A stretch of 37,317 nucleotides of DNA from Bacteroidota bacterium. GTDB taxonomy: Bacteria; Bacteroidota; Bacteroidia; NS11-12g; UBA955. A program made the position numbers and the translations under genes. The stretch covers positions 1 to 37,317 of the forward strand of contig JAIYBO010000207.1 of the NCBI GenBank assembly GCA_027488495.1, in the 5' to 3' direction. The notes under the pieces were generated by a model that saw nothing but the letters and a program-made list of their open reading frames with translations, had not been told where the DNA came from and searched no databases. This document shows, in pieces, positions 8,885 to 17,911 of the stretch; position 1 is the stretch's first letter, and each line of letters starts with the position of its first letter.

Positions 8885-11800
8885 TTAGCTACAACCCAAA
8901 CTGTTTCCACAGTTCAAGCACTTGTAACATGTTCCACTGCGAACTGTGATATGACCACACACATTACAAGCTGGAGCATCGCTCTGAATCTCTCTCATGT
9001 GATCTTGCATATCAAACTTACTTGGCAATGGCTCACTGCTCAGAGCCGCAGGCGTTGACGCCACGGCAGGTGCTGGCTCAGGGTTGAATACCGGACGGAA
9101 TTCACTCACCACAGGCGCCTCAACCGCTTCAGGTGCACGCAAATCACTCGGCTTCACTTGCACCAAATCCTCTCTGCGCAAATATTCAAAGCCCAACAAT
9201 CTAAAGATATAATCTACAATTGAAGTGGCATTTTTCACGTTTGGATGTCCCTCAACCATACCGCTTGGCTCAAAACGAGTGAACGCAAACTTGTCTACAA
9301 ACTCTTCCAATGGCACACCATACTGCAATCCAACAGATACCGCAATAGAGAAACAGTTCATCAAACTACGGAAACTCGCTCCCTCCTTGTGCATATCAAT
9401 GAAAATCTCTCCCAATGTTCCATCATCATACTCTCCAGTACGAACAAAGATCGTCTGTCCTCCCACACGCCCTTTTTGGGTGAATCCATTTCTGCGATTT
9501 GGCAAACGCTTCTTCTCTACGATGTTCGATAACTGACGTTTGAACTTGGTATCAGGACTCTCACTCAAAATGCGCTTGGCGGCTTCCAACACCATTTCTG
9601 GGGTTAATTCACCCACACTCGCAACCTTTGGTGCAGCAGCACTGTCAGTTTTTGCAGAGGCAGTTTCTTCTTGGTTATCTTCAGATGTCTCAGACTTGTT
9701 GCTCAAAGGCTGACTCAACTTACAACCATCACGGTACAAAGCATTTGCCTTCAATCCCAATGTCCAACTCAAATGGTAACACTCTTTGATTTCTTCAACC
9801 GTTGCCTCGTTTGGCAAGTTGATGGTCTTACTGATCGCTCCAGAAATGAAAGGCTGTGCAGCCGACATCATACGAATGTGTGCATTGGCATGAATGTATC
9901 TCACACCTTTGTTACCGCACTTGTTGGCGCAATCAAACACTGCGTAATGCTCCTCTTTCAAATGTGGCGCACCCTCAATGGTCATTGTACCTGCAACAAA
10001 ATCGTTACACTCAGCAATCTGCTCACGGGTATAGCCCAAAGCCTGCAACATGTTGAAACGTGGATTGTTGTATTGCGCTGAGTCAAAGCCCAAACGCTTC
10101 AAAGTATCTTCTCCCAATGAATATTGGTTAAATACGAACCCAATTTCAAATGCCATCGGCGCCTCAGACTCCAATTTCGCCAAATCTGCATCGTTGAAAC
10201 CCAAAGCTGTTAAACTATCATGGTTGATGTGTGGTGCACCCTTGAAGGTCTGATGACCTTTCGCATAGTTCACGATGTCTTGCGTTTGCTTCTCATCGTA
10301 ACCCAAATGCTTCAATGCAACAGGTACAGTTTGGTTAACAATCTTGAAGTACCCGCCACCACTCAACTTCTTGTATTTCACCAAAGCGAAATCTGGCTCA
10401 ATACCTGTGGTATCACAATCCATCAACAAACCAATGGTGCCTGTTGGCGCGATAACTGTAGATTGAGCGTTACGGAAACCGTATTTCTCACCCCACTGAA
10501 CCGCCTTGTCCCAAGCGTTACAAGCAGATTTCAAAAGGTAGTCTGGACAATGTTTCTCATCCAAACAAACGGGCTTGATACCCAATCCTTCGAAAGCCAA
10601 CGGTGTGTTGTATGCCGCGTAGCGGTGGTTGCGGATTACACGCAACATGTGCTTTTTGTTCTTTTCGTACATGCGGAATGGACCTTTTACCGCAGCCATC
10701 TCAGCAGAGGTAGCATACGCTGTACCAGTCAAAATCGCAGTGATCGCACCACAGATAGCAGTAGCTTCTGATGAATCGTAAGGAATACCAGCGCTCATCA
10801 ATACTGAACCCAAGTTGGCATATCCCAATCCCAAAGTGCGGTAATCATAACTCAATTGAGCCACCTCTTTTGATGGGAACTGAGCCATCAATACAGAAAT
10901 TTCCAATACAGTGGTCCACAAACGTGCACTGTACTCAAATTTCTCCATATCAAAAGTTTTGCTATCCTCATGGAAGAACTTTCTCAAGTTCAATGAAGCC
11001 AAGTTACAAGCCGTGTTATCTAGGAACATGTACTCAGAACATGGGTTAGAAGCGTTGATTCTTCCACCTTCTGGACAAGTGTGCCATTCGTTAATGGTGT
11101 CATCGTACTGAACGCCCGGATCAGCACAAGCCCAAGCTGCGTCACCAATTGCATCCCATACTTCCTTGGATGGCTTGGTGTTCATCACCTCACCGGTTGA
11201 ACGAGCGGTAAATTCCCAATCTTCGCCCTTTTCCAACTTGTGGAAGAATTTGTTGGGGATACGCACCGAATTGTTACTGTTCTGTCCACTCACTGTATTG
11301 TATGCCTCACCCTCGTAGTCGTTAGAATATCCAGCAGCAATCAAAGCAGCCACTTTGCGCTCTTCTGTGCTCTTCCACTGAATGAATTCCATTGCATCGG
11401 GGTGATCCAAATCCAAGCAAACCATTTTTGCTGCCCTGCGAGTAGTACCGCCGCTCTTGATTGCACCCGCAGAACGGTCACCAATGCGCAAGAAACTCAT
11501 CAAACCAGAACTGGTTCCGCCACCACTCAACTTCTCACCAGAGCCACGAATTTTGCTAAAGTTGGTACCAACACCCGATCCGTATTTGAAAATACGTGCC
11601 TCACGAACCCACAAATCCATGATACCACCCTCGTTTACCAAATCATCGTCAACCGACAAAATAAAACAAGCATGGGGCTGTGGACGCTCGTAAGCCGAGG
11701 TACTTTTCATCAACTTCTCAGTATCAGGATCTACATAGTAGTGACCCTGTGGCTTGCCAGTGATGGCATAACTGTTGTGCAATCCTGTATTAAACCACTG

Positions 11801-12208
11801 TGGTGAATTCGGAGCCGATTCCTGATTCAACAATGAGTATACCAATTCATCATAAAACACCTGCGCATCCGCAGCAGATTCGAAATAGCCATATTTCTCG
11901 CCCCAATGTTTCCAACAATCTGCCAAGCGGTGAGCCACCTGCTTAACCGACGTTTCACTTCCCAAACTACCATCCGCTTGTGGCACCCCCGCCTTGCGGA
12001 AATACTTCTGAGCCAAAATATCTGTAGCCACCTGACTCCAACCCTCAGGGACCTCAACATTTTTCATTTCAAAAACCGTACTTCCGTCTGGCTTCTTAAT
12101 GACTGATGTACGATAGTCGTACTGAAATTGATCATAAGGCGATACACCATCGGCGGTGTTCATGCGGGAGAAATTCAATCCCTTTGTGTTTACTGTTTGC
12201 TGGCTCAT
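8885..12208 (-). CDS. nrdJ: Adenosylcobalamin-dependent (class II) ribonucleotide reductase
   Basis: 1107-aa ORF with active-site regions [21 protein letters not shown] and ISKTINLP. An Ala/Pro-rich linker precedes the C-terminal Cys-rich tail [31 protein letters not shown], which is typical of long NrdJ proteins. Confidence 0.9.
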   Translation of the reverse strand: MSQQTVNTKGLNFSRMNTADGVSPYDQFQYDYRTSVIKKPDGSTVFEMKNVEVPEGWSQVATDILAQKYFRKAGVPQADGSLGSETSVKQVAHRLADCWKHWGEKYGYFESAADAQVFYDELVYSLLNQESAPNSPQWFNTGLHNSYAITGKPQGHYYVDPDTEKLMKSTSAYERPQPHACFILSVDDDLVNEGGIMDLWVREARIFKYGSGVGTNFSKIRGSGEKLSGGGTSSGLMSFLRIGDRSAGAIKSGGTTRRAAKMVCLDLDHPDAMEFIQWKSTEERKVAALIAAGYSNDYEGEAYNTVSGQNSNNSVRIPNKFFHKLEKGEDWEFTARSTGEVMNTKPSKEVWDAIGDAAWACADPGVQYDDTINEWHTCPEGGRINASNPCSEYMFLDNTACNLASLNLRKFFHEDSKTFDMEKFEYSARLWTTVLEISVLMAQFPSKEVAQLSYDYRTLGLGYANLGSVLMSAGIPYDSSEATAICGAITAILTGTAYATSAEMAAVKGPFRMYEKNKKHMLRVIRNHRYAAYNTPLAFEGLGIKPVCLDEKHCPDYLLKSACNAWDKAVQWGEKYGFRNAQSTVIAPTGTIGLLMDCDTTGIEPDFALVKYKKLSGGGYFKIVNQTVPVALKHLGYDEKQTQDIVNYAKGHQTFKGAPHINHDSLTALGFNDADLAKLESEAPMAFEIGFVFNQYSLGEDTLKRLGFDSAQYNNPRFNMLQALGYTREQIAECNDFVAGTMTIEGAPHLKEEHYAVFDCANKCGNKGVRYIHANAHIRMMSAAQPFISGAISKTINLPNEATVEEIKECYHLSWTLGLKANALYRDGCKLSQPLSNKSETSEDNQEETASAKTDSAAAPKVASVGELTPEMVLEAAKRILSESPDTKFKRQLSNIVEKKRLPNRRNGFTQKGRVGGQTIFVRTGEYDDGTLGEIFIDMHKEGASFRSLMNCFSIAVSVGLQYGVPLEEFVDKFAFTRFEPSGMVEGHPNVKNATSIVDYIFRLLGFEYLRREDLVQVKPSDLRAPEAVEAPVVSEFRPVFNPEPAPAVASTPAALSSEPLPSKFDMQDHMREIQSDAPACNVCGHITVRSGTCYKCLNCGNSLGCS

Positions 12209-12263
12209 AGCGATTCTATTGGGTTGTGTTTAAAAGAGTGATCGTTCACTTTGTTGTGAATAG

Positions 12264-12271
12264 CAAATCTA
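12264..12271 (-). promoter_or_regulatory. Perfect -7 box TAGATTTG (minus strand), about 55 nt upstream of the nrdJ ATG
   Basis: The reverse complement of caaatcta matches TAnnTTTG. Confidence 0.35.
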
Positions 12272-12351
12272 TCTTTGCAAACCACAATCACCCAATCATG
12301 TTTTCCACATAATTCACCGAAACCCTTGATAAAATTGGGTTTATGATGTTG

Positions 12352-12386
12352 AAAAAACGCAAGCCCAACAGCAGCAAGGGTTTACG
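12352..12386 (-). terminator. Terminator-like hairpin plus U6 inside the nrdJ upstream region (possible attenuator)
   Basis: The minus-strand RNA reads CGUAAACCC-uugcugcuguu-GGGCUUGCG followed by UUUUUU. The stem has 7 Watson-Crick pairs, 1 G-U pair and 1 mismatch. It lies between the two candidate -7 boxes. Confidence 0.3.
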
Positions 12387-12447
12387 CGTATTTAATTGAC
12401 CAGTAGGTAGTTACAAAATCAAATTTTTTAGACATTCAACCGCAAAC

Positions 12448-12455
12448 CAAAAATA
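12448..12455 (-). promoter_or_regulatory. Perfect -7 box TATTTTTG (minus strand), about 240 nt upstream of the nrdJ ATG
   Basis: The reverse complement of caaaaata matches TAnnTTTG. If used, it gives a leader of roughly 230 nt. Confidence 0.3.
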
Positions 12456-12512
12456 TGTGTCGTCCATTGCTCACTCACCCATCTTCCAAGTAAAATTCAC
12501 TTACTTTGTACT

Positions 12513-13271
12513 ATGGGATCACTGCTCCAATCACTGTTACATCGCAAAGAAAAAAAGCAAAAAAGCATTGCCGTGCTTTGCGATCCCGACACACCAGCAA
12601 GTGAAATATCGCAGCAAGTAAAGAAAGCGATCCAACTCGGTATAGACCTATTCCTGGTTGGCGGAAGTCACGTTTCACAACATTCAACCGCAAGCTGTGT
12701 AGCCCTACTCAAAAATTTAGGAGCACCCAACATCACCCTCTTCCCCGGAAATGAACTTCACGTAGTGGATGATGCAGATGCCATACTTTTTATGAGCCTC
12801 ATTTCTGGTAGAAACCCAGAATTTCTGATCGCCAAACAAGTTGCAGCCGCGCCATGGGTGAAAAAAAGCAACATGGAAGCCATTCCAACAGGCTACATGC
12901 TCGTTGAAAGTGGCAAACTTACCTCCGCACTATATATCAGCGGAACACTACCACTGCCAAACAACAAACCTGATATCGCAGCCGCCACCGCTATGGCCGG
13001 AGAATTGTTGGGGATGAAATTGTTTTACCTCGATGCCGGTAGCGGTGCAGAATACCCCATTCCACAGAATATCATTCAAGCAGTAAATCAAAATACCGAA
13101 GGCATCGTATTTGTTGGAGGTGGCATCCGAACTCCGATGGCAGCAGCTTCCGCATGGAACAGCGGTGCAGACGTTGTGGTTATCGGAAATGGAATCTTCG
13201 AAAACCCCCAATTGCTCGAAAACATTTGTGATCAAGCCATTTTAGTAAATCAACACGCCCGTTCATACTAA
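12513..13271 (+). CDS. Geranylgeranylglyceryl / heptaprenylglyceryl phosphate synthase family protein (PcrB/GGGPS TIM-barrel prenyltransferase)
   Basis: 252-aa ORF with family hallmarks IAVLCDPD...GIDLFLVGGS, FYLDAGSGA and VFVGGGIRTP...GADVVVIGNGIFENP. Confidence 0.8.
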   Translation: MGSLLQSLLHRKEKKQKSIAVLCDPDTPASEISQQVKKAIQLGIDLFLVGGSHVSQHSTASCVALLKNLGAPNITLFPGNELHVVDDADAILFMSLISGRNPEFLIAKQVAAAPWVKKSNMEAIPTGYMLVESGKLTSALYISGTLPLPNNKPDIAAATAMAGELLGMKLFYLDAGSGAEYPIPQNIIQAVNQNTEGIVFVGGGIRTPMAAASAWNSGADVVVIGNGIFENPQLLENICDQAILVNQHARSY

Positions 13272-13278
13272 ACACCCC

Positions 13279-13812
13279 ATGTTCCTGTATCCATTTAAAA
13301 CCCAATTCCTTAAAACCGAATTGAACCGCAACCAAGTAGCCGATATTCTCACCACTCAAACCTTCCTGTCTGATGCGAATTTTAAAAAAACCGACAGCAA
13401 TCCCCGCGCATTCTATGGTGAAATATCAAACCAAGACTTTACCCTTGAAACCATAGAAGACAAACAAAGATTGGTGAATTTTTGTACCGGTGAAATTCGT
13501 GGGTCTGAAAATGAAGTGTACATCCTCCTGCAACTTGGGGCATGGCAACACCGCAGGATTTTCTTGCTTTTTCTCATACTCATCCTTTCCTGCACCGTGC
13601 TATTGGCCAAACACCTTTGGCTTTTTCAAAGCTTCTATCCACAAAATTTTGCCGCCTGGTTGCTTCTGTTAACCAATATCGCCCTTTTTATCGCCCTCTA
13701 TGTGAAAGCGAAAAACTTTCACGCACGCCTCAAATCCACCATCGATTTTTTCTCTCAACTTTGGTCGGCAAAAACAATTAACCAGACAGAAGTGCCGCAT
13801 TTATTCCGTTAA
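13279..13812 (+). CDS. Hypothetical membrane protein (soluble N-domain of about 85 aa plus two TM helices)
   Basis: 177-aa ORF starting 7 nt after the GGGPS stop. The hydrophobic segments are IFLLFLILILSCTVLLA and AAWLLLLTNIALFIALYV. I recognise no family. Confidence 0.5.
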   Translation: MFLYPFKTQFLKTELNRNQVADILTTQTFLSDANFKKTDSNPRAFYGEISNQDFTLETIEDKQRLVNFCTGEIRGSENEVYILLQLGAWQHRRIFLLFLILILSCTVLLAKHLWLFQSFYPQNFAAWLLLLTNIALFIALYVKAKNFHARLKSTIDFFSQLWSAKTINQTEVPHLFR

Positions 13813-13918
13813 AATCCTCAGTGATCCCCGCATCAACTTGTACTTGGCAAAGCAAGCATCTTAAAGAAGCTCAAAGGCCCTAAGAACGCAGGCAAACCCT
13901 CGTTGCGACCAACCCCTA

Positions 13919-14722
13919 TCACTTCTTAATCATGGCGAGCAAATCCGCCTCCCAACTCACTTGAGGCACCTCCAATATACTGCCCACATACACCGATTCA
14001 GCCGCAAAATCAACGTCCGCACCGCCGCCCTGAACACCCGTAATTTTGGGCAACTTCGATACCGCCAACTCCGGAACGCGACCAATCACAACAGACTTTC
14101 CACCAAAAAACACATCACCCGCAAAAGCCCCGTCGATCAGCTTTTTTTCGCGATTCACCCTGCGATAATCCATGTGAAAAACCACCCCCGCAATCTCTAA
14201 ATTTTCACGATCAATCACACGATTCCCGTCTTTCAACACCATCAAACGATCCAAAACCTTACACAATCGAGGCAAACCCATGCGCGTATCTGAACACCAA
14301 TTGCCCCCAATCATCAATAAATCAATCCTGCATGGTTTACCCACCATATCTGATTTCATCAATCTCAAAGCACTGTCAATCTCGGCAACAACCAATTCGC
14401 TTGGCTCATAGCTCATGTACTCCGTTTCCATTTCATCCCAAAACAATTGAGCATCAGCACGCAGCGTGCTGTCGTCCCCGTTTGAACTCCCCCCATACAA
14501 TCCAGTGGCCCCAGCCATCATGCCCAACTCGGTTTTTAAATAACTCAAGGCCGGATGCAAACGCCACAATTCAGCATTTACATTGTCTACAATCCCAATA
14601 CCCCCGCCATAACGTGGTTTATCCAATTTGTCGCTTGTTTTCATATCCCTGTCTTTCTTAGCGATAATACCGCAACCCATCGCCCCCAATACCAACATAA
14701 TAATACATAACCGCTGAATCAT
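13919..14722 (-). CDS. Thioredoxin-fold lipoprotein with a degenerate (monothiol) active site
   Basis: 267-aa ORF with lipoprotein signal MIQRLCIIMLVLGAMGC. The segment IDLLMIGGNWCSDTRMGLPRL resembles the WCxDC strand-helix junction of Thioredoxin_9-like proteins but has CSDT. A candidate cis-Pro loop is RVPEL. Confidence 0.45.
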   Translation of the reverse strand: MIQRLCIIMLVLGAMGCGIIAKKDRDMKTSDKLDKPRYGGGIGIVDNVNAELWRLHPALSYLKTELGMMAGATGLYGGSSNGDDSTLRADAQLFWDEMETEYMSYEPSELVVAEIDSALRLMKSDMVGKPCRIDLLMIGGNWCSDTRMGLPRLCKVLDRLMVLKDGNRVIDRENLEIAGVVFHMDYRRVNREKKLIDGAFAGDVFFGGKSVVIGRVPELAVSKLPKITGVQGGGADVDFAAESVYVGSILEVPQVSWEADLLAMIKK

Positions 14723-14785
14723 ATCAGCAAATTACAGCCAAATATTCATTACACCCAAAGAAAATATTACCTTCGCAATCAAGTC

Positions 14786-15763
14786 ATGAGCCTGTCGTTA
14801 GACGCCATCAAAAAACCCATCGAAAAGGAACTTACCGCATTCGAAGTCATGTTCAAACAGAGCATGAAAACCCGTGTGCCCTTGCTCGATACCATCATGA
14901 CCTACATCGTGAAGAGAAAAGGCAAACAAATTCGCCCCCTCTTTGTGATGTATTCAGCAAAACTTTTCGGCGATATCAATATCAGAACCTACCGCGGTGC
15001 ATCCCTGGTAGAATTGCTGCATACCGCTACCCTGGTGCACGACGATGTTGTAGATGATAGCTTTCAACGCAGAGGATTCTTCTCCATCAACGCACTTTGG
15101 AAAAATAAAATTGCCGTACTCGTGGGCGATTATTTGCTCTCCAGAGGCCTTCTTTTGGCTGTGGAACACCGCGATTTCGATATGCTCGAAATTGTTTCCA
15201 ACGCCGTGCGCGACATGAGCGAAGGAGAATTGCTGCAACTCGAAAGAGCCCGCTTCATGAATGCCACCGAAGAGGTCTACTTTCAAATCATCAAACAAAA
15301 AACGGCATCCCTCATTGCATCGTGCTGTGAAATGGGCGCCGCCTCCACCACTCAAGATACCGAAATACAGAAAAAAATGCGTCAGTTTGGAGAAACCATC
15401 GGTTTGGCATTCCAAATCCGCGACGATCTTTTTGATTTTGGCGATAACAAATCTGGCAAACCCGCCGGCCTAGATATCAAAGACAAAAAATTGACCCTGC
15501 CCATCATTCACGCCTTCTCAAAAGCTGCCCCCAGCGATGTGAAAAAAATCAAAAAACTCATGAGAAGCAATGTGAACGACAAACAGAAAATTGCCGATGT
15601 AGTTGAATTCATTACCGTTCACGGCGGAATGTCTTACGCGCGCATCAAAATGAACGAATTCCGCGACCGCGCCTTTGAAATATTGGAATCCATTCCCGCC
15701 AACAAAGAGCACAAACAAACCCTCCAACACCTCGTCAATTTTGTCATCGACAGAAACGTTTAA
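14786..15763 (+). CDS. Long-chain trans-polyprenyl diphosphate synthase (IspB-like)
   Basis: 325-aa ORF. FARM is HTATLVHDDVVDDSFQRRG, with small residues Ala/Thr at positions -5/-4 as in long-chain enzymes. SARM is FQIRDDLFDFG. Confidence 0.85.
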   Translation: MSLSLDAIKKPIEKELTAFEVMFKQSMKTRVPLLDTIMTYIVKRKGKQIRPLFVMYSAKLFGDINIRTYRGASLVELLHTATLVHDDVVDDSFQRRGFFSINALWKNKIAVLVGDYLLSRGLLLAVEHRDFDMLEIVSNAVRDMSEGELLQLERARFMNATEEVYFQIIKQKTASLIASCCEMGAASTTQDTEIQKKMRQFGETIGLAFQIRDDLFDFGDNKSGKPAGLDIKDKKLTLPIIHAFSKAAPSDVKKIKKLMRSNVNDKQKIADVVEFITVHGGMSYARIKMNEFRDRAFEILESIPANKEHKQTLQHLVNFVIDRNV

Positions 15764-15765
15764 TC

Positions 15766-16257
15766 ATGAAGGTAACAATTCAAGACAATACCACCGAATT
15801 CATCAAGGAAAACAACCAATTTGTAATCCCCAATGGTGCCTCCATCAATCGGTTGCCCCTGAACAACAGCACCCTGCTGTTACAAACGCCCTCGCAAACC
15901 ATTCAAGTTCGTTGCTTGTCGGTCGACAAAGTCGCAAAAACCGTTACACTGCTCTACAACAACCAAAAATACGTTGCCAAAATCACCGAACCCATGGACG
16001 AACTCCTCAAATCGATGGGCTTGGAAAATGCCATGGTAGCCAAAATCTCTGAGGTAAAAGCACCCATGCCAGGTTTGGTTTTGGATGTCTTAGTAGCTGT
16101 TGGTCAAACCGTTGAAATGGGCGAAAAAATTCTCACCCTAGAGGCCATGAAAATGGAAAATGCCATCAAATCACCTACCGCGGGCACCATTGCATCCATT
16201 CATGTTAGCAAAGGCCAAGCCGTTGACAAAAATTTCGTACTCATCCGATTCGAATAA
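15766..16257 (+). CDS. Biotin-carrier (biotinyl/lipoyl-attachment) domain protein
   Basis: 163-aa ORF with C-terminal KAPMPGLV...LTLEAMKMENAIKSP (the AMKM biotinylation motif of the carboxylase/decarboxylase type). It starts 2 nt after the polyprenyl synthase stop. Confidence 0.8.
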   Translation: MKVTIQDNTTEFIKENNQFVIPNGASINRLPLNNSTLLLQTPSQTIQVRCLSVDKVAKTVTLLYNNQKYVAKITEPMDELLKSMGLENAMVAKISEVKAPMPGLVLDVLVAVGQTVEMGEKILTLEAMKMENAIKSPTAGTIASIHVSKGQAVDKNFVLIRFE

Positions 16258-16292
16258 TCCCCCCACCCACAGCCAGCGATCGTATTCTCTTT

Positions 16293-17891
16293 ATGAAAAA
16301 CCCATCGCCCCTGTGGAATGCCAAAAATACCATCTATTTCCTGCTGCTCATATACGCAGCGATTGGACTATTCAATCTTGACCGATTGCCCATCGCTTGG
16401 AACGATGAAATTCAAAACTTAGACCCCGCCCTGGTTTGGCACAATACCGGATTCTATCGGTCACCTCTATGGCCCAATCCAGGAGCAGAACTCAAATTCC
16501 TTAGTTACCCGCCATTGCTCGAAGCGTGGCATTGCATCTGGCTCTACCTCGGCAAATCCCCCTTCATCGTTCGATTGCCTTTTTTGATTTTCCACCTCAT
16601 CACTGCAGTTCTACTGCATCGATTTGTACTTCAAATTCTCGCCGCCCCATCAACAACCAAACAACCGAGCAAGGCCTATTCCCAAAGCGTTATCCAATTC
16701 ATTGCCTTGCTCATCACCGCCCTTTTTCTGTTCGATAAATCCACTGGTGAAATTGCCCGAAGCCTTCGCGTAGAAACACCCATTCTGCTTCTATTAATGG
16801 CATTTACAACCACCGCATACAGGACCTTTTATCAACCCAATGCCTTAATCACCCTCCTTTTGGGATTGTCCCTCGGATCCTTGGCCATCGCACATTTATA
16901 TACTTGGCCCTTGGTTTTAATCGCCTTGTTGTTGAATTTCAACCATTTGGCCCAATTCAAAACAACCACAGCCTTGCGCCACGGATTCATGTTCCTTGCC
17001 AGCACATTGGTACCGATCACCATTTTTTGGCTCACAGTAAAACCAGAACTCCTTGATTTAAAAGCCCAGTTGTTCATGCAAGCTGAAGACCACAGCGGTG
17101 CATCCATAGGCGCCAACCTCTACGGTTTTTTTATCGGTAGATTTATTCCCTATACCCTCGAACAGCCCTACACTTTTTTCTTGCACCTATTGTATTGGGT
17201 TGCGGCATTGAGGCTGCTCCTTAAAAACCTTTTCGCGAAATCAAATCTTTGGAAAACCTCATTGATCCCCCTCCTTTACTTGGCTTTTGCAATCCCCACA
17301 GCCCTTTTCCTTACTCCTCAGCACCGGTATTACCCCGTTCAGCACTTACTGGGACTCTTGGTAATGGCGGCGTATTTACAAAACTTTACACCTAGCTTTG
17401 CTTGGAAACCAACAAAACGTTGGATCAAACCCGCGTTATCCATGATTTTTGTTGTTTCCCTCCTCACACCTTGGACCATCCGAAACACGGCCGCAATACT
17501 TCAACGCAACCAACGCAACCCACACACCGCCATTCAATTCCTCAACAAAAACCTCAACGCGATCCCCAGTGGTGATATTCTCGGTGAACCCATAGCCAAT
17601 TATTGGCTTGCACAATCCCCACACCCCAAAGATTGGCAATATGGCTTCGAGTTTTACCCCCAACACTTTCCATACAATGCCCAAAAACCGAGATACTTCG
17701 TCTCTCGCACCACACCCAAACAGCTCCCATTCTTGTTCCTCATCGATAGCCTCAACATCCCAACCCGCTTTGCCCAGTCGCAAAAACTCGGACATACTTA
17801 CAATGGACTTTATTTGTACCAAGTAAAATCTCTATCCGCTTGGAAACTGTTAACCAACCCAAGCACCCTAAAAATCACGAGCGGACATTAA
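16293..17891 (+). CDS. Polytopic membrane protein, GT-C (ArnT/PMT-like) glycosyltransferase candidate
   Basis: 532-aa ORF with at least 10 hydrophobic segments. The first predicted loop carries WNDE, reminiscent of the acidic DE motif of GT-C enzymes. The C-terminal part of about 130 aa is soluble. The family assignment is tentative. Confidence 0.4.
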   Translation: MKNPSPLWNAKNTIYFLLLIYAAIGLFNLDRLPIAWNDEIQNLDPALVWHNTGFYRSPLWPNPGAELKFLSYPPLLEAWHCIWLYLGKSPFIVRLPFLIFHLITAVLLHRFVLQILAAPSTTKQPSKAYSQSVIQFIALLITALFLFDKSTGEIARSLRVETPILLLLMAFTTTAYRTFYQPNALITLLLGLSLGSLAIAHLYTWPLVLIALLLNFNHLAQFKTTTALRHGFMFLASTLVPITIFWLTVKPELLDLKAQLFMQAEDHSGASIGANLYGFFIGRFIPYTLEQPYTFFLHLLYWVAALRLLLKNLFAKSNLWKTSLIPLLYLAFAIPTALFLTPQHRYYPVQHLLGLLVMAAYLQNFTPSFAWKPTKRWIKPALSMIFVVSLLTPWTIRNTAAILQRNQRNPHTAIQFLNKNLNAIPSGDILGEPIANYWLAQSPHPKDWQYGFEFYPQHFPYNAQKPRYFVSRTTPKQLPFLFLIDSLNIPTRFAQSQKLGHTYNGLYLYQVKSLSAWKLLTNPSTLKITSGH

Positions 17892-17911
17892 GCAATCAAT
17901 GCCCAAACCCC

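Noticed and set aside
8885-12208. A possible intein or foreign insertion in the unusually long (1107 aa) nrdJ.
   Set aside because: I see no intein splicing motifs (no Cys/Ser-...-His-Asn-Cys/Ser/Thr block structure). The extra length is accounted for by the helical repeat insert (LGF...-type modules), the Ala/Pro-rich linker and the Cys-rich tail, all known from long class II RNRs.
12209-12512. A cobalamin riboswitch or NrdR operator boxes upstream of nrdJ.
   Set aside because: There is no B12-box-like core (no GCCACTG or CCCGC element), although a GGTGAA stretch is present. The best NrdR-like candidates (for example around 12446..12462) match only one half-site of the 16-bp palindrome. These are not supportable without a PWM scan.
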